A DNA stretch of 64,000 nt. Source: Candidatus Bathyarchaeota archaeon (lineage in GTDB: Archaea > Thermoproteota > Bathyarchaeia > Bathyarchaeales > Bathyarchaeaceae). Below the pieces are notes generated by a model. It saw only the letters and a program-made list of their open reading frames with translations, was not told where the DNA came from and made no database searches. Shown piece by piece: positions 44,417 through 53,501 of the stretch. The stretch is from positions 33,914 through 97,913 of the forward strand of contig SOJZ01000005.1 of assembly GCA_004376295.1 (NCBI GenBank). The letters are read 5' to 3'. Position numbers and translations under genes: made by a program. The number at the start of each line of letters is the position of its first letter. Positions within the stretch are counted from its first letter, which is position 1.

Positions 44417-44477
44417 GTCTATACGTATAACGTGAGAACTGTAGAACAAAAATACATAAAACGGAAAAGGAAGAAAC

Positions 44478-44642
44478 TTGCCGAGGAAAATAGCCATAAT
44501 GGTGATAAACCTCGTTAAAGAGAGTGTGGAAAAGCTAAACAAGGAAATTGAAGAGGAGATTCTCAAGGAAATTAAAGAGCTGAGAATTCCTTGGATGGAG
44601 AAGGTGGAGAAGGTCACGGTTTTAGAATCAGACGAGGATTAG
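44478..44642 (+). CDS. possible small coiled-coil protein
   Basis: 54 codons from the TTG (47 from the ATG at 44499): ...VINLVKESVEKLNKEIEEEILKEIKELRIPWMEKVEKVTVLESDED. The listed minus-strand ORF 44375..44617 is a low-complexity shadow. Too short for the ORF track. Confidence 0.25.
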   Translation: MPRKIAIMVINLVKESVEKLNKEIEEEILKEIKELRIPWMEKVEKVTVLESDED

Positions 44643-44760
44643 AAGTACTTTCATCTCGTCAGGACATGCGATATCGTGTTACGTTTACTTTCAGTGTTTT
44701 CTCCAACCCTCGTGATTTCTTTCACCATAAAGGATATCGAAGAGTCTACAAAAGACGGGG

Positions 44761-44985
44761 TTAAGTGATGTATCTGACTTCCTGAAATTCTCTGGAGACT
44801 GGAGTTTTCACTTCTCCCTTGATGGGCATCCCCTCTTCGCCCTCACAATCTTCCTCGTCCACATACATGTCCTCAACAATTTTCTGGATGATGCTCGTCA
44901 TCTCATTAATCCTATTTCTTAACACATTCAACTTTTGCTCTAATGTCAAATTTTCCCATTCTTCCTCGTCAACCTTATTCGCCAT
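44761..44985 (-). CDS. small acidic hypothetical protein
   Basis: 74-aa ORF that is helical and acidic. No motif recognised. Confidence 0.4.
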   Translation of the reverse strand: MANKVDEEEWENLTLEQKLNVLRNRINEMTSIIQKIVEDMYVDEEDCEGEEGMPIKGEVKTPVSREFQEVRYIT

Positions 44986-45146
44986 TCTTCAACACCTCAA
45001 GGAAATAGATAACGTGAATTAATAATTGCAGTAGAAAAGGATTTCGATGAAATGACCCCATTGCTGCTATAATCCTCTAAAGAGATTGGGCTCTTAGATT
45101 TATGGAGCAGACTTTTCTGAAAGCTACCGATTTTAACGTTGAGTAG

Positions 45147-45293
45147 TTATCCTTTAAAGTTCTTTAACGCTTCGTATAGCTTCTGTATAGTCATTTCCAA
45201 GACCGCTTTCAAAAGACGCAAAAGGTCTTTGATGTTCACCGGTCGGAAACCAGCTCCAAATCCACACATCACATAATTTGTAGATTCACTCAT
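45147..45293 (-). CDS. possible small hypothetical protein
   Basis: 48 codons: MSESTNYVMCGFGAGFRPVNIKDLLRLLKAVLEMTIQKLYEALKNFKG. Below the ORF-track cutoff. Confidence 0.25.
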   Translation of the reverse strand: MSESTNYVMCGFGAGFRPVNIKDLLRLLKAVLEMTIQKLYEALKNFKG

Positions 45294-45559
45294 TGTCCAT
45301 CACCAATGTATTCTGAAATAGATAGGTTATCTCGTATATTACGATACACGATTATTTAAACCATTTTGCAGCAAACCTGTAAAACTTCGAAAACAGAACA
45401 CACAAAGCCGAAACTCTCTACTGAATTCACACGCATCCCAATGCGTAATTTTTGTAACCACGGAAATTAGAGGTTTCACCATCAGCCTCAAACTGGAGGT
45501 TTTTCTGCTCTGAGAAGTTTAAATAAAATGTAGGTGCGCATTATACAGCGGTGATCTAG

Positions 45560-46179
45560 ATGTTTGAGCTTGGAGATATACGATTCAAACCTGTAGAAAA
45601 GGATGATTTGAAGCTTTTGCACAAATGGGAGAACGATTTTGAGCTTATGATGTATTCCAGGAGTAAACCTTGAATTTTGTAAGCATGGAGCAGATTGAAA
45701 GGCAGTATGATGAGCGGATGAAGCAGGATAACGACATTCGTTTCATCGTTGAACTAATCGGTACGAATGAGCCTACAGGATTAGCGGTTATACGGGGACA
45801 GAAGTGGGGCAACGTGAAGGGTGCAGATTTGGGCACTTGTATTGGAAAGAAGGATTTGTGAAGTAAAGGCTATGGAAAACAGATCACGGTTGCTTTGCTT
45901 GAAATGTGTTTCATCTTCCTAAACATGGAACGCTGCCAAGCTTGGAGCATAGAATAAAACACTCGCGCCCGCAAAACACTTGAAGCATGCGGGTTCAAAA
46001 AAGGGGGAGCAGTGAGAAACACTTCTCTCGTCAATGGCGAAAAATGGAACTCCCTTCGCTTTGACATACTTCGTGAAGAATACCTGAACATTCAAGAAAA
46101 TCTGCTTAGGAAAACACTAGGAGAAAAATTAGACGAATACCTCAAAAAGCACTGTGGCTTAGCTAAAAACTTCGAATAA
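45560..46179 (+). pseudogene. GNAT-family (RimJ/RimL-like) N-acetyltransferase pseudogene
   Basis: Three collinear pieces read MFELGDIRFKPVEKDDLKLLHKWENDFELMMYSRSKP*, then after a 1-nt frame change NFVSMEQIERQYDE...IGKKDL*, then SKGYGKQITVALLEMCFIFLNMERCQAWSIE*NTRARKTLEACGFKKGGAVRN...ILREEY. There is a frameshift at ~45670, an in-frame TGA at 45859 (where the family has WGKGYG) and an in-frame TAA at 45954. Confidence 0.7.
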
Positions 46180-46272
46180 ATTATCTGAGAAAGTAACGTT
46201 TATAACTCAACGCTCTTATTGAAACAAAGACGAAACAAAAGATAAGGATAACAAAAAGAAGGATACTAACGT

Positions 46273-47280
46273 ATGGGTCACAGAAAGAAACACGCCCCTA
46301 GACGCGGCTCATTAGCCTACTTACCTAGAGGACGCGCTGCAAGCGAAACCGGCAGAATACGCTACTGGCCCAAGGTAGAGGAGGTCCCCACCCTACTAGG
46401 ATTCATGGGCTACAAGGCTGGAATGACCCACGTATTCCTAGTCGAAGACAACGAACGATCACCAAACTTCGGCAAAGAAACAGCCCACCCAGCCACAGTA
46501 GTAGACACACCTCCAATCACACTATTCGCCATCCGGGCATACACACGGGACCCATACGGTTTGCACACATTCACCGAAGCTTGGATGAAAGATCCACCCA
46601 AACACTTCGACCGTGTTGTAACGTTGCCAGAACACTTCGACCCTGAAAAAACCCTAAAGAAAATGGAAGAGAACCTAGACAAAATCTCCGAGTTCCGCCT
46701 CCTAGCAGCCACACAACCCAAAGAAGCTGGCGTCCCAAAGAAAAAACCTGACATCACAGAAATCAAAATCGACGGAGGCACCATCAAAGAACAATTTGAA
46801 CACGCAAAAAAATTGCTAGGAAAAACGGTGTCCATAACAGAAGTGTTCAAAGAAGGACAATACGTAGATGTAGTCGCGGTAACCAAAGGAAAAGGCTTCC
46901 AAGGCCCTGTGAAACGCTGGGGCGTCAAAATCCTGCCTCGAAAATCACGTAAAACCAAACGAGGCGTCGCCGTCATAGGACCTTGGCGTCCCGCCAGAGT
47001 CTTATACACAGTCCCCAGAGCAGGCCAAATGGGTTATCACCAAAGAACCGAATACAACAAACGCATACTAAAAATTGGCACAGACGGAAATGAAGTAACC
47101 CCAAAAGGCGGGTTCCTACGCTACGGCTTGGTTCGAGGGACCTACATCGTAGTAGACGGAAGCTTACCCGGTCCCGCTAAACGTCTCATACGACTACGAT
47201 ACCCCGCCCGCCCCCCAAAAATAACCACAGAGGCCCCACCGAAAATCACCTATATATCCCTTGAATCCCCGCAAGGATAA
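46273..47280 (+). CDS. rpl3: 50S ribosomal protein L3
   Basis: 335 aa with HRKKHAPRRGSLAYLPRGRA and FMGYKAGMTHV. The coding strand is strongly A+C-rich. Confidence 0.95.
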   Translation: MGHRKKHAPRRGSLAYLPRGRAASETGRIRYWPKVEEVPTLLGFMGYKAGMTHVFLVEDNERSPNFGKETAHPATVVDTPPITLFAIRAYTRDPYGLHTFTEAWMKDPPKHFDRVVTLPEHFDPEKTLKKMEENLDKISEFRLLAATQPKEAGVPKKKPDITEIKIDGGTIKEQFEHAKKLLGKTVSITEVFKEGQYVDVVAVTKGKGFQGPVKRWGVKILPRKSRKTKRGVAVIGPWRPARVLYTVPRAGQMGYHQRTEYNKRILKIGTDGNEVTPKGGFLRYGLVRGTYIVVDGSLPGPAKRLIRLRYPARPPKITTEAPPKITYISLESPQG

Positions 47281-47296
47281 AGCGAGAGTGAGATGG

Positions 47297-48076
47297 ATGG
47301 GTAAACTTTCAGCCAAAATTTTCGATCTCAAAGGAAAAGCAACAGGTAAAATCCGCCTCCCTCCCATTTTTAAGACTCCTACGAGACCTGATGTCATAAA
47401 ACGAGCAGTCATCGCGATTCAGTCCCATCGCTTCCAGCCACAAGGTCGAGACCCTTTCGCCGGAAAACGAACTACCGCAGAGTCTCGGGGAACGGGCTTT
47501 GGAATAGCACGTGTTTCAAGGATAAAGGGAAGTCAACGAGCAGCTTTCATACCATTCGCGGTTGGCGGCAGAGCTACTCATCCCCCAATGGTTGAAAAGA
47601 AAATCAAGAAGAAAATTCCACGAAAGGAAATGCGGTTGGCTCTACGTTCAGCAGTTGCAGCTACAGCATCTAAAGAAATCGTGGCTTTCCGAGGACACGT
47701 GATAGATGACGTTCCTGATTTTCCACTAGTCGTCATAGATGATATTGAACGCTTGAAAAAAACTAAGGAAGTCGAAGAAGTATTCATCCAACTAGGGGTG
47801 TGGCCAGACATCTATCGAGTCAGGGAAAGCCGAAAGGTAAGAGCTGGCAAAGGCAAGAGACGCGGTAGAAGAATGAAACAGGCAGTTGGGCCTCTATTGG
47901 TGGTCACCGAAAATGAAGGAGTCGTTGAAGCAGCCCGCAACATTCCAGGAGTAGATGTGGTTACAATCAACGGTCTGAACGTTGAACTTTTGGCACCTGG
48001 GACCCATCCTGGAAGGCTCGTCATCTGGGCGAACTCAGCTTTTGAAAAAGTAGATGAACTGTTTGGAGGAAGATAG
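47297..48076 (+). CDS. rpl4: 50S ribosomal protein L4
   Basis: Start taken at the ATG at 47297 (a GTG at 47288 is also possible). Has FQPQGRDPFAGKRTTAESRGTG and AGKGKRRGRR. Confidence 0.9.
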   Translation: MGKLSAKIFDLKGKATGKIRLPPIFKTPTRPDVIKRAVIAIQSHRFQPQGRDPFAGKRTTAESRGTGFGIARVSRIKGSQRAAFIPFAVGGRATHPPMVEKKIKKKIPRKEMRLALRSAVAATASKEIVAFRGHVIDDVPDFPLVVIDDIERLKKTKEVEEVFIQLGVWPDIYRVRESRKVRAGKGKRRGRRMKQAVGPLLVVTENEGVVEAARNIPGVDVVTINGLNVELLAPGTHPGRLVIWANSAFEKVDELFGGR

Positions 48077-48078
48077 GC

Positions 48079-48339
48079 TTGGACCCTTACGATGTTGTAT
48101 TATATCCAGTTATGACCGAAGTTACGAGTCGCCTGCTCGAAACTGAGAACAAGCTTGTTTTTATCGTCAGCATCGCAGCCAAAAAGGCAGACATTAAACG
48201 AGCCGTGGAGGAACTCTATGAAGTAGAGGTTAAGAGCGTCAATACTGCAATCACGCCTAAAAGCGAGAAAAAAGCCTTTGTGAAGCTTCACCCCAACTAT
48301 AAAGCGGTGGATGTAGCGATTAAACTCGGCATCTTATAG
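48079..48339 (+). CDS. rpl23: 50S ribosomal protein L23
   Basis: 86 aa with LYPVMTE...NKLVFIV...ANKADIKRAVEELYEVEV-type sequence, at the expected operon position. Confidence 0.9.
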   Translation: MDPYDVVLYPVMTEVTSRLLETENKLVFIVSIAAKKADIKRAVEELYEVEVKSVNTAITPKSEKKAFVKLHPNYKAVDVAIKLGIL

Positions 48340-48352
48340 GGAGATGTAACAC

Positions 48353-49087
48353 GTGGGTAAGAAAATTCGAGTTCAAAGACGCGGCAGAGGTTCATCCACT
48401 TTTCGTGCATCCACTCACAAAAGAATAGCACCAGTTCGATATCCCTCATTTTCCAAGAAGGAGCAAGAAGGTGTCATTCAGGGTCACATCATGAAGATTC
48501 TTCATGAACCTGGAAGAGGTTCACCACTAGCCTCCGTAAAACTTGAGGCTGGCGAAACCTACTACACAGTTGTTCCTGAAGGCGTCTATGAAGGTCAACC
48601 AATCCAAATTGGAAGCAGAGCTTCCGTAGACATTGGTAACGTGCTCCCGTTAAGCAGCATTCCCGCAGGCACCATGATATGTAACATCGAGCTTTCACCA
48701 AGCGACGGAGGAAAAATCTCACGTTCATCAGGATCCTACGCAACAGTGGTGGCACACACCCCTGAAGGAACTATGATAAAACTTCCATCGGGAAAAACTC
48801 GCTATGTAAATGATCTTTGTCTTGCAACCGTTGGAGTTATTTCTGGGGCAGGTCGTCCTGAAAAACCCTTCCTGAAAGCGGGTGCAAAGTTCCATTGGAT
48901 GCGAGCAAAGGGACACAAATACCCTCGAACACGTGGTGTAGCAATGATAGCCGCGGTGCATCCTTTTGGAAGTGGTAGGAGGGGAGCACGCAAGGTTACA
49001 ACGGTATCACGGCATGCTCCACCCGGCAGAAAAGTAGGCTTGATTGCAGCGAGAAGCACGGGGAAACGAAAAAGAAGAAAACGGTAA
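48353..49087 (+). CDS. rpl2: 50S ribosomal protein L2
   Basis: 244 aa with RVQRRGRGSSTFRA, NIELSPSDGGKISRSSGSYA and HPFGSGRRG. Confidence 0.95.
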   Translation: MGKKIRVQRRGRGSSTFRASTHKRIAPVRYPSFSKKEQEGVIQGHIMKILHEPGRGSPLASVKLEAGETYYTVVPEGVYEGQPIQIGSRASVDIGNVLPLSSIPAGTMICNIELSPSDGGKISRSSGSYATVVAHTPEGTMIKLPSGKTRYVNDLCLATVGVISGAGRPEKPFLKAGAKFHWMRAKGHKYPRTRGVAMIAAVHPFGSGRRGARKVTTVSRHAPPGRKVGLIAARSTGKRKRRKR

Positions 49088-49160
49088 TTTTTCACCATTA
49101 GCAAAACGTTAGAAATGTTTAATAAATCCCGAGAACCAAAAGAAATGAGGAGATGGCCAG

Positions 49161-49565
49161 TTGCCTAGAGAATTCGCCTACCAAGGTTACACGCTTGACG
49201 GATTACAAGGCATGTCGATGGACGAGTTTATTCGCTTACTGCCATCACGGCAACGGCGGAGCCTACAACGAGGTCTCACACGAGAACAAAGGGTCCTCCT
49301 CGAAAACATTCGAAGCGCCAAAGAAACACCAAAGGAAGGACAGGAAAAAGTCGTTAAAACGCACACCCGTAACATGATTATTCTTCCAGAAATGGTCGGT
49401 GTCACTGTTCTAGTTCATAACGGAAAGGAATTCGTCGCTGTGGAAATAAGGCCTGAAATGATTGGTCATTATTTAGGCGAATTCGCGATTACCAACAAGA
49501 TGGTCAGACACGGGTCACCCGGCATCGGCGCGTCCAGATCGTCCATGTATGTTCCCTTAAAGTAG
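49161..49565 (+). CDS. rps19: 30S ribosomal protein S19
   Basis: 134 aa with a TTG start after GAGGAG. Has [45 protein letters not shown] and HGSPGIGA. Confidence 0.95.
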   Translation: MPREFAYQGYTLDGLQGMSMDEFIRLLPSRQRRSLQRGLTREQRVLLENIRSAKETPKEGQEKVVKTHTRNMIILPEMVGVTVLVHNGKEFVAVEIRPEMIGHYLGEFAITNKMVRHGSPGIGASRSSMYVPLK

Positions 49566-49599
49566 AAACAATAGCAGTCAAGATGTTTATTCTACGCGT

Positions 49600-50019
49600 T
49601 TAAGCTCGATAGTCTGGTTCAGGCAACTTCTTTTTCTTAGTTGGTGGAATTTTAGGAAGCGGAATAGGAGGGGGAATATTCAAGGTTCGGCTGATAATCA
49701 CCGATTCTAAAAATACGACGTTAGAGATGGATTGAACAATAATGGCTGGTGGAGGCTGTTTTTTCGTATATGCGTTGTGAATCTTCTCAATTTCATCTTT
49801 TGTACCTTTAACTCGGGCTTTTCCCTTCATGCTGATTTGAGCAACGGCTGGCTGGTAATTTATTGTGAAAACAAATGGAGCCTCTAACCAATCTTCATTT
49901 TTCTTGTTTATCCCTACAACATTGAGATTAGTAGCTATTCGAACAGGTGGTAAAGGCTTTTCAACATCCCAAAAACGCTCAGCGGAAAGATTGTGAATAA
50001 AAACGTTTACGCGAACCAT
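49600..50019 (-). CDS. hypothetical protein with a Pro/Lys-rich tail
   Basis: 139-aa ORF convergent with rps19 and downstream of rps27ae. No confident motif, only a vague resemblance to SecB-like beta-sheet proteins that I do not assert. Confidence 0.5.
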   Translation of the reverse strand: MVRVNVFIHNLSAERFWDVEKPLPPVRIATNLNVVGINKKNEDWLEAPFVFTINYQPAVAQISMKGKARVKGTKDEIEKIHNAYTKKQPPPAIIVQSISNVVFLESVIISRTLNIPPPIPLPKIPPTKKKKLPEPDYRA

Positions 50020-50068
50020 TTATTTCCACTCATCAAACTTGTGATAGGTTGCAGGATTTAAACGTGTG

Positions 50069-50338
50069 TCACTTACTCGCTTCGCTGCGTTTATATCGTG
50101 TGAAGCCGCAGTGTCCGCAGGTGTAACGGTCGCCGTGGTCTGCCATGAAGTATCCTGATCCGCATCTTTCGCAGAAGGGAAGAAGTCTTTCAAGTTTATT
50201 TTCCCCGATCTTATAGTAGGAAAAGACGCCCTTTCTTTTCTTCTTAGCCTTTTCAACTTTCTTTTCTTCGGGTTTTTTTTCTGGTTTTACTTCGGGTTCC
50301 TTGGGTTCTTCTGCTTCTTCTGTTTCTTTCTCAGCCAT
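50069..50338 (-). CDS. rps27ae: 30S ribosomal protein S27ae with a K/E-rich N-terminal extension
   Basis: Has the C-terminal zinc ribbon CERCGSGYFMADHGDRYTCGHCG. The N-terminal ~35 aa are K/E/P-rich. Confidence 0.85.
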   Translation of the reverse strand: MAEKETEEAEEPKEPEVKPEKKPEEKKVEKAKKKRKGVFSYYKIGENKLERLLPFCERCGSGYFMADHGDRYTCGHCGFTRYKRSEASK

Positions 50339-50342
50339 TCAG

Positions 50343-50744
50343 CTATCCCTCTTTTTTCTCCTCTTTCTTTTCCGTTGTCTCTACTTTTTCTTTCTTTTCT
50401 GCCGTTTTCGTCTCTTCCAATTTTTCTACAGCCTCTTTCTTTTCTTCAGGTTTTTTCGGTGGTGCGTTCCTAACAAGGATGTGTTTGGACTCCACTAGTT
50501 TGGCCTGTTCAGCTGAATCGTATGCGTTAGCTGCACCAACGGCGATTCTTGTCCCGGTTTTTGTAGTCATTTTCTCAACATACACTAGGTCAATATCCAT
50601 CTTCAGCACTGCTGCAAGTTCCTTCCTCACTTCCAAACGGGTAGGGGTTCCCCCAGTCTTTTCATGGTTAATCTCGAAGGTTATCTCCTTTCTTTTGAGC
50701 AGTGGATTATATTCTTTGGATGTAATGCTAATTTTCATGGGCAA
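50343..50744 (-). CDS. rps24e: 30S ribosomal protein S24e with a K/E-rich C-terminal extension
   Basis: NPLLKRKEITFEINHEKTGGTPTRLEVRKELAAVL is the S24e signature. The last ~40 aa are K/E-rich. Confidence 0.9.
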   Translation of the reverse strand: MPMKISITSKEYNPLLKRKEITFEINHEKTGGTPTRLEVRKELAAVLKMDIDLVYVEKMTTKTGTRIAVGAANAYDSAEQAKLVESKHILVRNAPPKKPEEKKEAVEKLEETKTAEKKEKVETTEKKEEKKEG

Positions 50745-50801
50745 TCTTCCATTGGATTGTTGATTTTTGGAGTGCCTCCCTTACTTTAACTTTTCGCACT
50801 A

Positions 50802-51317
50802 TTATTCCATCTCTTCCACGAGTCGGCGTACAAGCTTCTTCTTTTGTTCCGTAACCTTAACTACAACGATTCCTACTTGTGGCTGTCCGTAAACCACTAA
50901 GGACTTTTCGGGTGCACACAACACCGCTACCAAGGTAAGTAGGTCTTCTTCTCCGTCAACCAACACCCTTGTTGTTTGCCTCTGTTTTAAAGAATCTTCC
51001 ATAACGGTCCATGCTTCATCAGCTAATGTTCCCGGAGGATTTCTTATGTGTAATGTTCGGCTCACGTCTACTAGAATTGGCTTAACTTTTTTTCTCATAA
51101 CTCGGTTGTCCACGATCAAAACGTTTGGGGAAATGCCGTTTTTTATCATGCTATTAGAAACAGCGTCACCAACAGAAATGATTCTGGCCGGTTTTTCTTC
51201 TTCGATGAACTTCTTCAGTTGTTTAATTGTTTCATCAACGGAACCTTGGATCAACAGTCCTAATGGAGACTTTAGTTTTTTACGTAAGGCAGGTGTAAGA
51301 AAACGTATTTTAATCAC
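50802..51317 (-). CDS. DUF359/COG1909 protein (GTP-dependent dephospho-CoA kinase family)
   Basis: 171 aa with ISVGDAVSNSMIKNGISPNVLIVDNRVMRK. It sits in the conserved rpo7-spt4-COG1909-rps24e-rps27ae neighbourhood. Confidence 0.7.
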   Translation of the reverse strand: MIKIRFLTPALRKKLKSPLGLLIQGSVDETIKQLKKFIEEEKPARIISVGDAVSNSMIKNGISPNVLIVDNRVMRKKVKPILVDVSRTLHIRNPPGTLADEAWTVMEDSLKQRQTTRVLVDGEEDLLTLVAVLCAPEKSLVVYGQPQVGIVVVKVTEQKKKLVRRLVEEME

Positions 51318-51499
51318 CTTACGCGTAGCGCGTAGCGTCCCTTCTCCTCCACTTTCATTGCATGGGCTATGGCTGAGCCTTTCAAGTCAAAGATTATGAC
51401 CAAGCCAGTGAAGTCGTCACTCATGGTGGAAGTCTTACACTTTGGACAAGCGGACCCATGGGATATTCGGTGGCATTCTCTACACGCTTTGTCAGTCAC
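51314..51499 (-). CDS. spt4: transcription elongation factor Spt4 (RpoE'')
   Basis: 61 aa with the zinc ribbon CRECHRISHGSACPKC, then W/F-G-L-V-type FTGLVIIFD. It overlaps both neighbours by 4 nt. Confidence 0.85.
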   Translation of the reverse strand: MTDKACRECHRISHGSACPKCKTSTMSDDFTGLVIIFDLKGSAIAHAMKVEEKGRYALRVR

Positions 51500-52101
51500 G
51501 TTTTGGACTCCTTGCTCTTTTCAGGTTCTTTTGGTTTTTCAGCCTTGGCACTCTTCATTTTTTCTAGGTCTTTCTTAATCCACCCAATCTTCCCCAAGAA
51601 AGGCTGCCTCGCGGTTACACCGATTTTTCCAGAGCTTCTACCATGCCCAAGCGAGACCGCTGTTACGCGAACTCGTACGTGGTCTCCGGTCACAAGTTTT
51701 CTCCTCGTTTCTTTGCCCATGAGTACTCCTTGTTTTTCATCGTATGAGATATAATCATCCATAAGTTGAGACACATGAAGCAATGCGTCGATCGGCCCAA
51801 CTCGGATAAATGCTCCGAAATCGGCTATTTCAACTACCTCTCCTTCAATCACTTCTTGAATTTTCGGATAGAACGTGAGAAGGGAAAATTCAGCCTTGTG
51901 GTAGGTGGCTCCGTCTCCAGGAATTATCTTTCCAATAGGGGCGACTTTAATGTTAATCACAGCTACGACGTAACCCAGCTCCTCATCAACCATGCCCTCA
52001 TATCTCATTTTCAACTGTTCATAACCTACCGTTTCAATGGGCTTTCCAAATTTTTTTGGAGGTATACGAATGGTATCATCTAAAGTTACAAGCTTGAACA
52101 C
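51496..52101 (-). CDS. rpo7: DNA-directed RNA polymerase subunit Rpo7 (E')
   Basis: 201 aa with an N-terminal Rpb7-like domain (MFKLVTLDDTIRIPP) and an S1 domain (GEVVEIADFGAFIRVGPIDALLHVSQ). It has a K/E-rich tail. Confidence 0.9.
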   Translation of the reverse strand: MFKLVTLDDTIRIPPKKFGKPIETVGYEQLKMRYEGMVDEELGYVVAVINIKVAPIGKIIPGDGATYHKAEFSLLTFYPKIQEVIEGEVVEIADFGAFIRVGPIDALLHVSQLMDDYISYDEKQGVLMGKETRRKLVTGDHVRVRVTAVSLGHGRSSGKIGVTARQPFLGKIGWIKKDLEKMKSAKAEKPKEPEKSKESKT

Positions 52102-52334
52102 AACTACTCCTCGCTACTGACTTTTTTAACAGCTAGGTGTTCTGCATTATTTTTATCTCTAAGGGTTAAATAGTAGGGTTTTAGGGAATAGAGTAAAGCT
52201 TCTGTAGGAGAACAGAAAGAAAGAATAATTTCTTCCAACTTTGCCCTATCCCTTTTTAGATGTTAATATAGGTTTGATAAAGCTTATGCGTGTAGGGAGA
52301 CTTTAATACTTTTTTGTGTCAGATGCCAGTCACT

Positions 52335-52832
52335 CTATTGTTTCTCGATTAGCTCTGCTATGTATTTTAAGGAGAAGGGTTTTGCAATAAAGTCGTTTAG
52401 ACTGATGAGAAATGTTTCATGTTCTTGTATGTCATCTCCACCTTCTGAGATTATGTTTGTGATGAACTTGGAATAGTCTGTGTAGTTTTTGTGTAATGAA
52501 ATAATCATTCCATTCTTTCCTTCGCCTTGACATCTAGCTGAAAATATGATATTTGGGTTTGCCATTGCCACTTTTCTTGCTTTATCAGCTAGTTCCTTCG
52601 TTACTCGTGATCTGAAGCAGTTGATTGCCAGGATTTCAAATCCCATTTTTGGTAAGTCAGGTATTACGGTGAACTCTTTTATCACTCCTTCCTTTACAAG
52701 CCTACTTCTTGTTCTGGTTACAGTTGGCTGTGACACTCCAACAAGGTCTGCTAGTTTCCTATCACTCTTCTTGGAATTCTTTAGCAATTCCACAAGAACC
52801 TTTTTCATTATCTTTTTCATCAGCATCACCAC
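52335..52832 (-). CDS. Lrp/AsnC-family transcriptional regulator
   Basis: 165 aa with the HTH SDRKLADLVGVSQPTVTRTRSRLVKEGVI, followed by a RAM-like domain. Confidence 0.8.
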   Translation of the reverse strand: MVMLMKKIMKKVLVELLKNSKKSDRKLADLVGVSQPTVTRTRSRLVKEGVIKEFTVIPDLPKMGFEILAINCFRSRVTKELADKARKVAMANPNIIFSARCQGEGKNGMIISLHKNYTDYSKFITNIISEGGDDIQEHETFLISLNDFIAKPFSLKYIAELIEKQ

Positions 52833-52837
52833 TCAAC

Positions 52838-52846
52838 TGCATGCAT
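52838..52846. repeat. TGCATGCA-type palindrome
   Basis: tgcatgcat, 6 nt upstream of the Lrp-family gene start. Confidence 0.75.
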
Positions 52847-52966
52847 TTGTATCACTTGCAAATTAATTTTGTGGTCTTGACACAGTTTGCTGATGAGAGA
52901 ATCCTAAGAATGCTCTATATGCACCATTAAATAGAGCAAAGCTATATCTATCTATTAGGTATAAAA

Positions 52967-53212
52967 ATGAGTCAGAAAGTTAGAGATTGGCTCAGGCAAT
53001 TGAGATTACTTGATCAAACAACTCACGAAGACAGAGTTGAAATAGATTCGGAGATAGAAAGGCAGACTGGTGTTCATTGTGATTATGCCATAGAGAAGAA
53101 GATGATTACTGAAAGAGAGTTCAGACGAGTTGTCGAACGAGTGCTTGCACAGAAAAAGATGGCAATGAAGAAGACTTTGGACAAGTTGGTTGAACAAAAG
53201 GCTGTGGTGTAA
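52967..53212 (+). CDS. hypothetical protein
   Basis: 81-aa helical ORF in the AT-richer patch. Confidence 0.4.
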   Translation: MSQKVRDWLRQLRLLDQTTHEDRVEIDSEIERQTGVHCDYAIEKKMITEREFRRVVERVLAQKKMAMKKTLDKLVEQKAVV

Positions 53213-53434
53213 TTGAACTTTCCTGACTACACAAAGGAATTCTTCAATTGGCTATATTTCAAGGAAGAAGAAGTATGGCAAGGAGTCAAAGACAGAAATA
53301 GAATTAAGACAATGCCAATTGTTGTGTTGGGAACTTCTGGGATTGGCAAGACAACTTTGGTTGAAAACATAATGAAGGTTGTGGATGGCTGGTATTATGG
53401 TCGTGGTATTGGTCTCCTGCTATCGAAGAACTAA
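53213..53434 (+). CDS. P-loop NTPase N-terminal fragment (probably truncated)
   Basis: 73 aa. A TTG start directly follows the TAA of the previous ORF. The Walker A motif VVLGTSGIGKTTL is present, but the ORF ends ~30 aa later, far too short for a complete NTPase domain. Confidence 0.4.
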   Translation: MNFPDYTKEFFNWLYFKEEEVWQGVKDRNRIKTMPIVVLGTSGIGKTTLVENIMKVVDGWYYGRGIGLLLSKN

Positions 53435-53450
53435 GACAGAGAGTATTCAA

Positions 53451-53462
53451 TGCATGCATGCA
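53451..53462. repeat. TGCATGCA-type palindrome
   Basis: tgcatgcatgca, 17 nt after the stop of the truncated P-loop ORF. Confidence 0.8.
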
Positions 53463-53501
53463 ATTACCGATAACATCACTATTCCTAGCTTAACATTTAG
53501 T

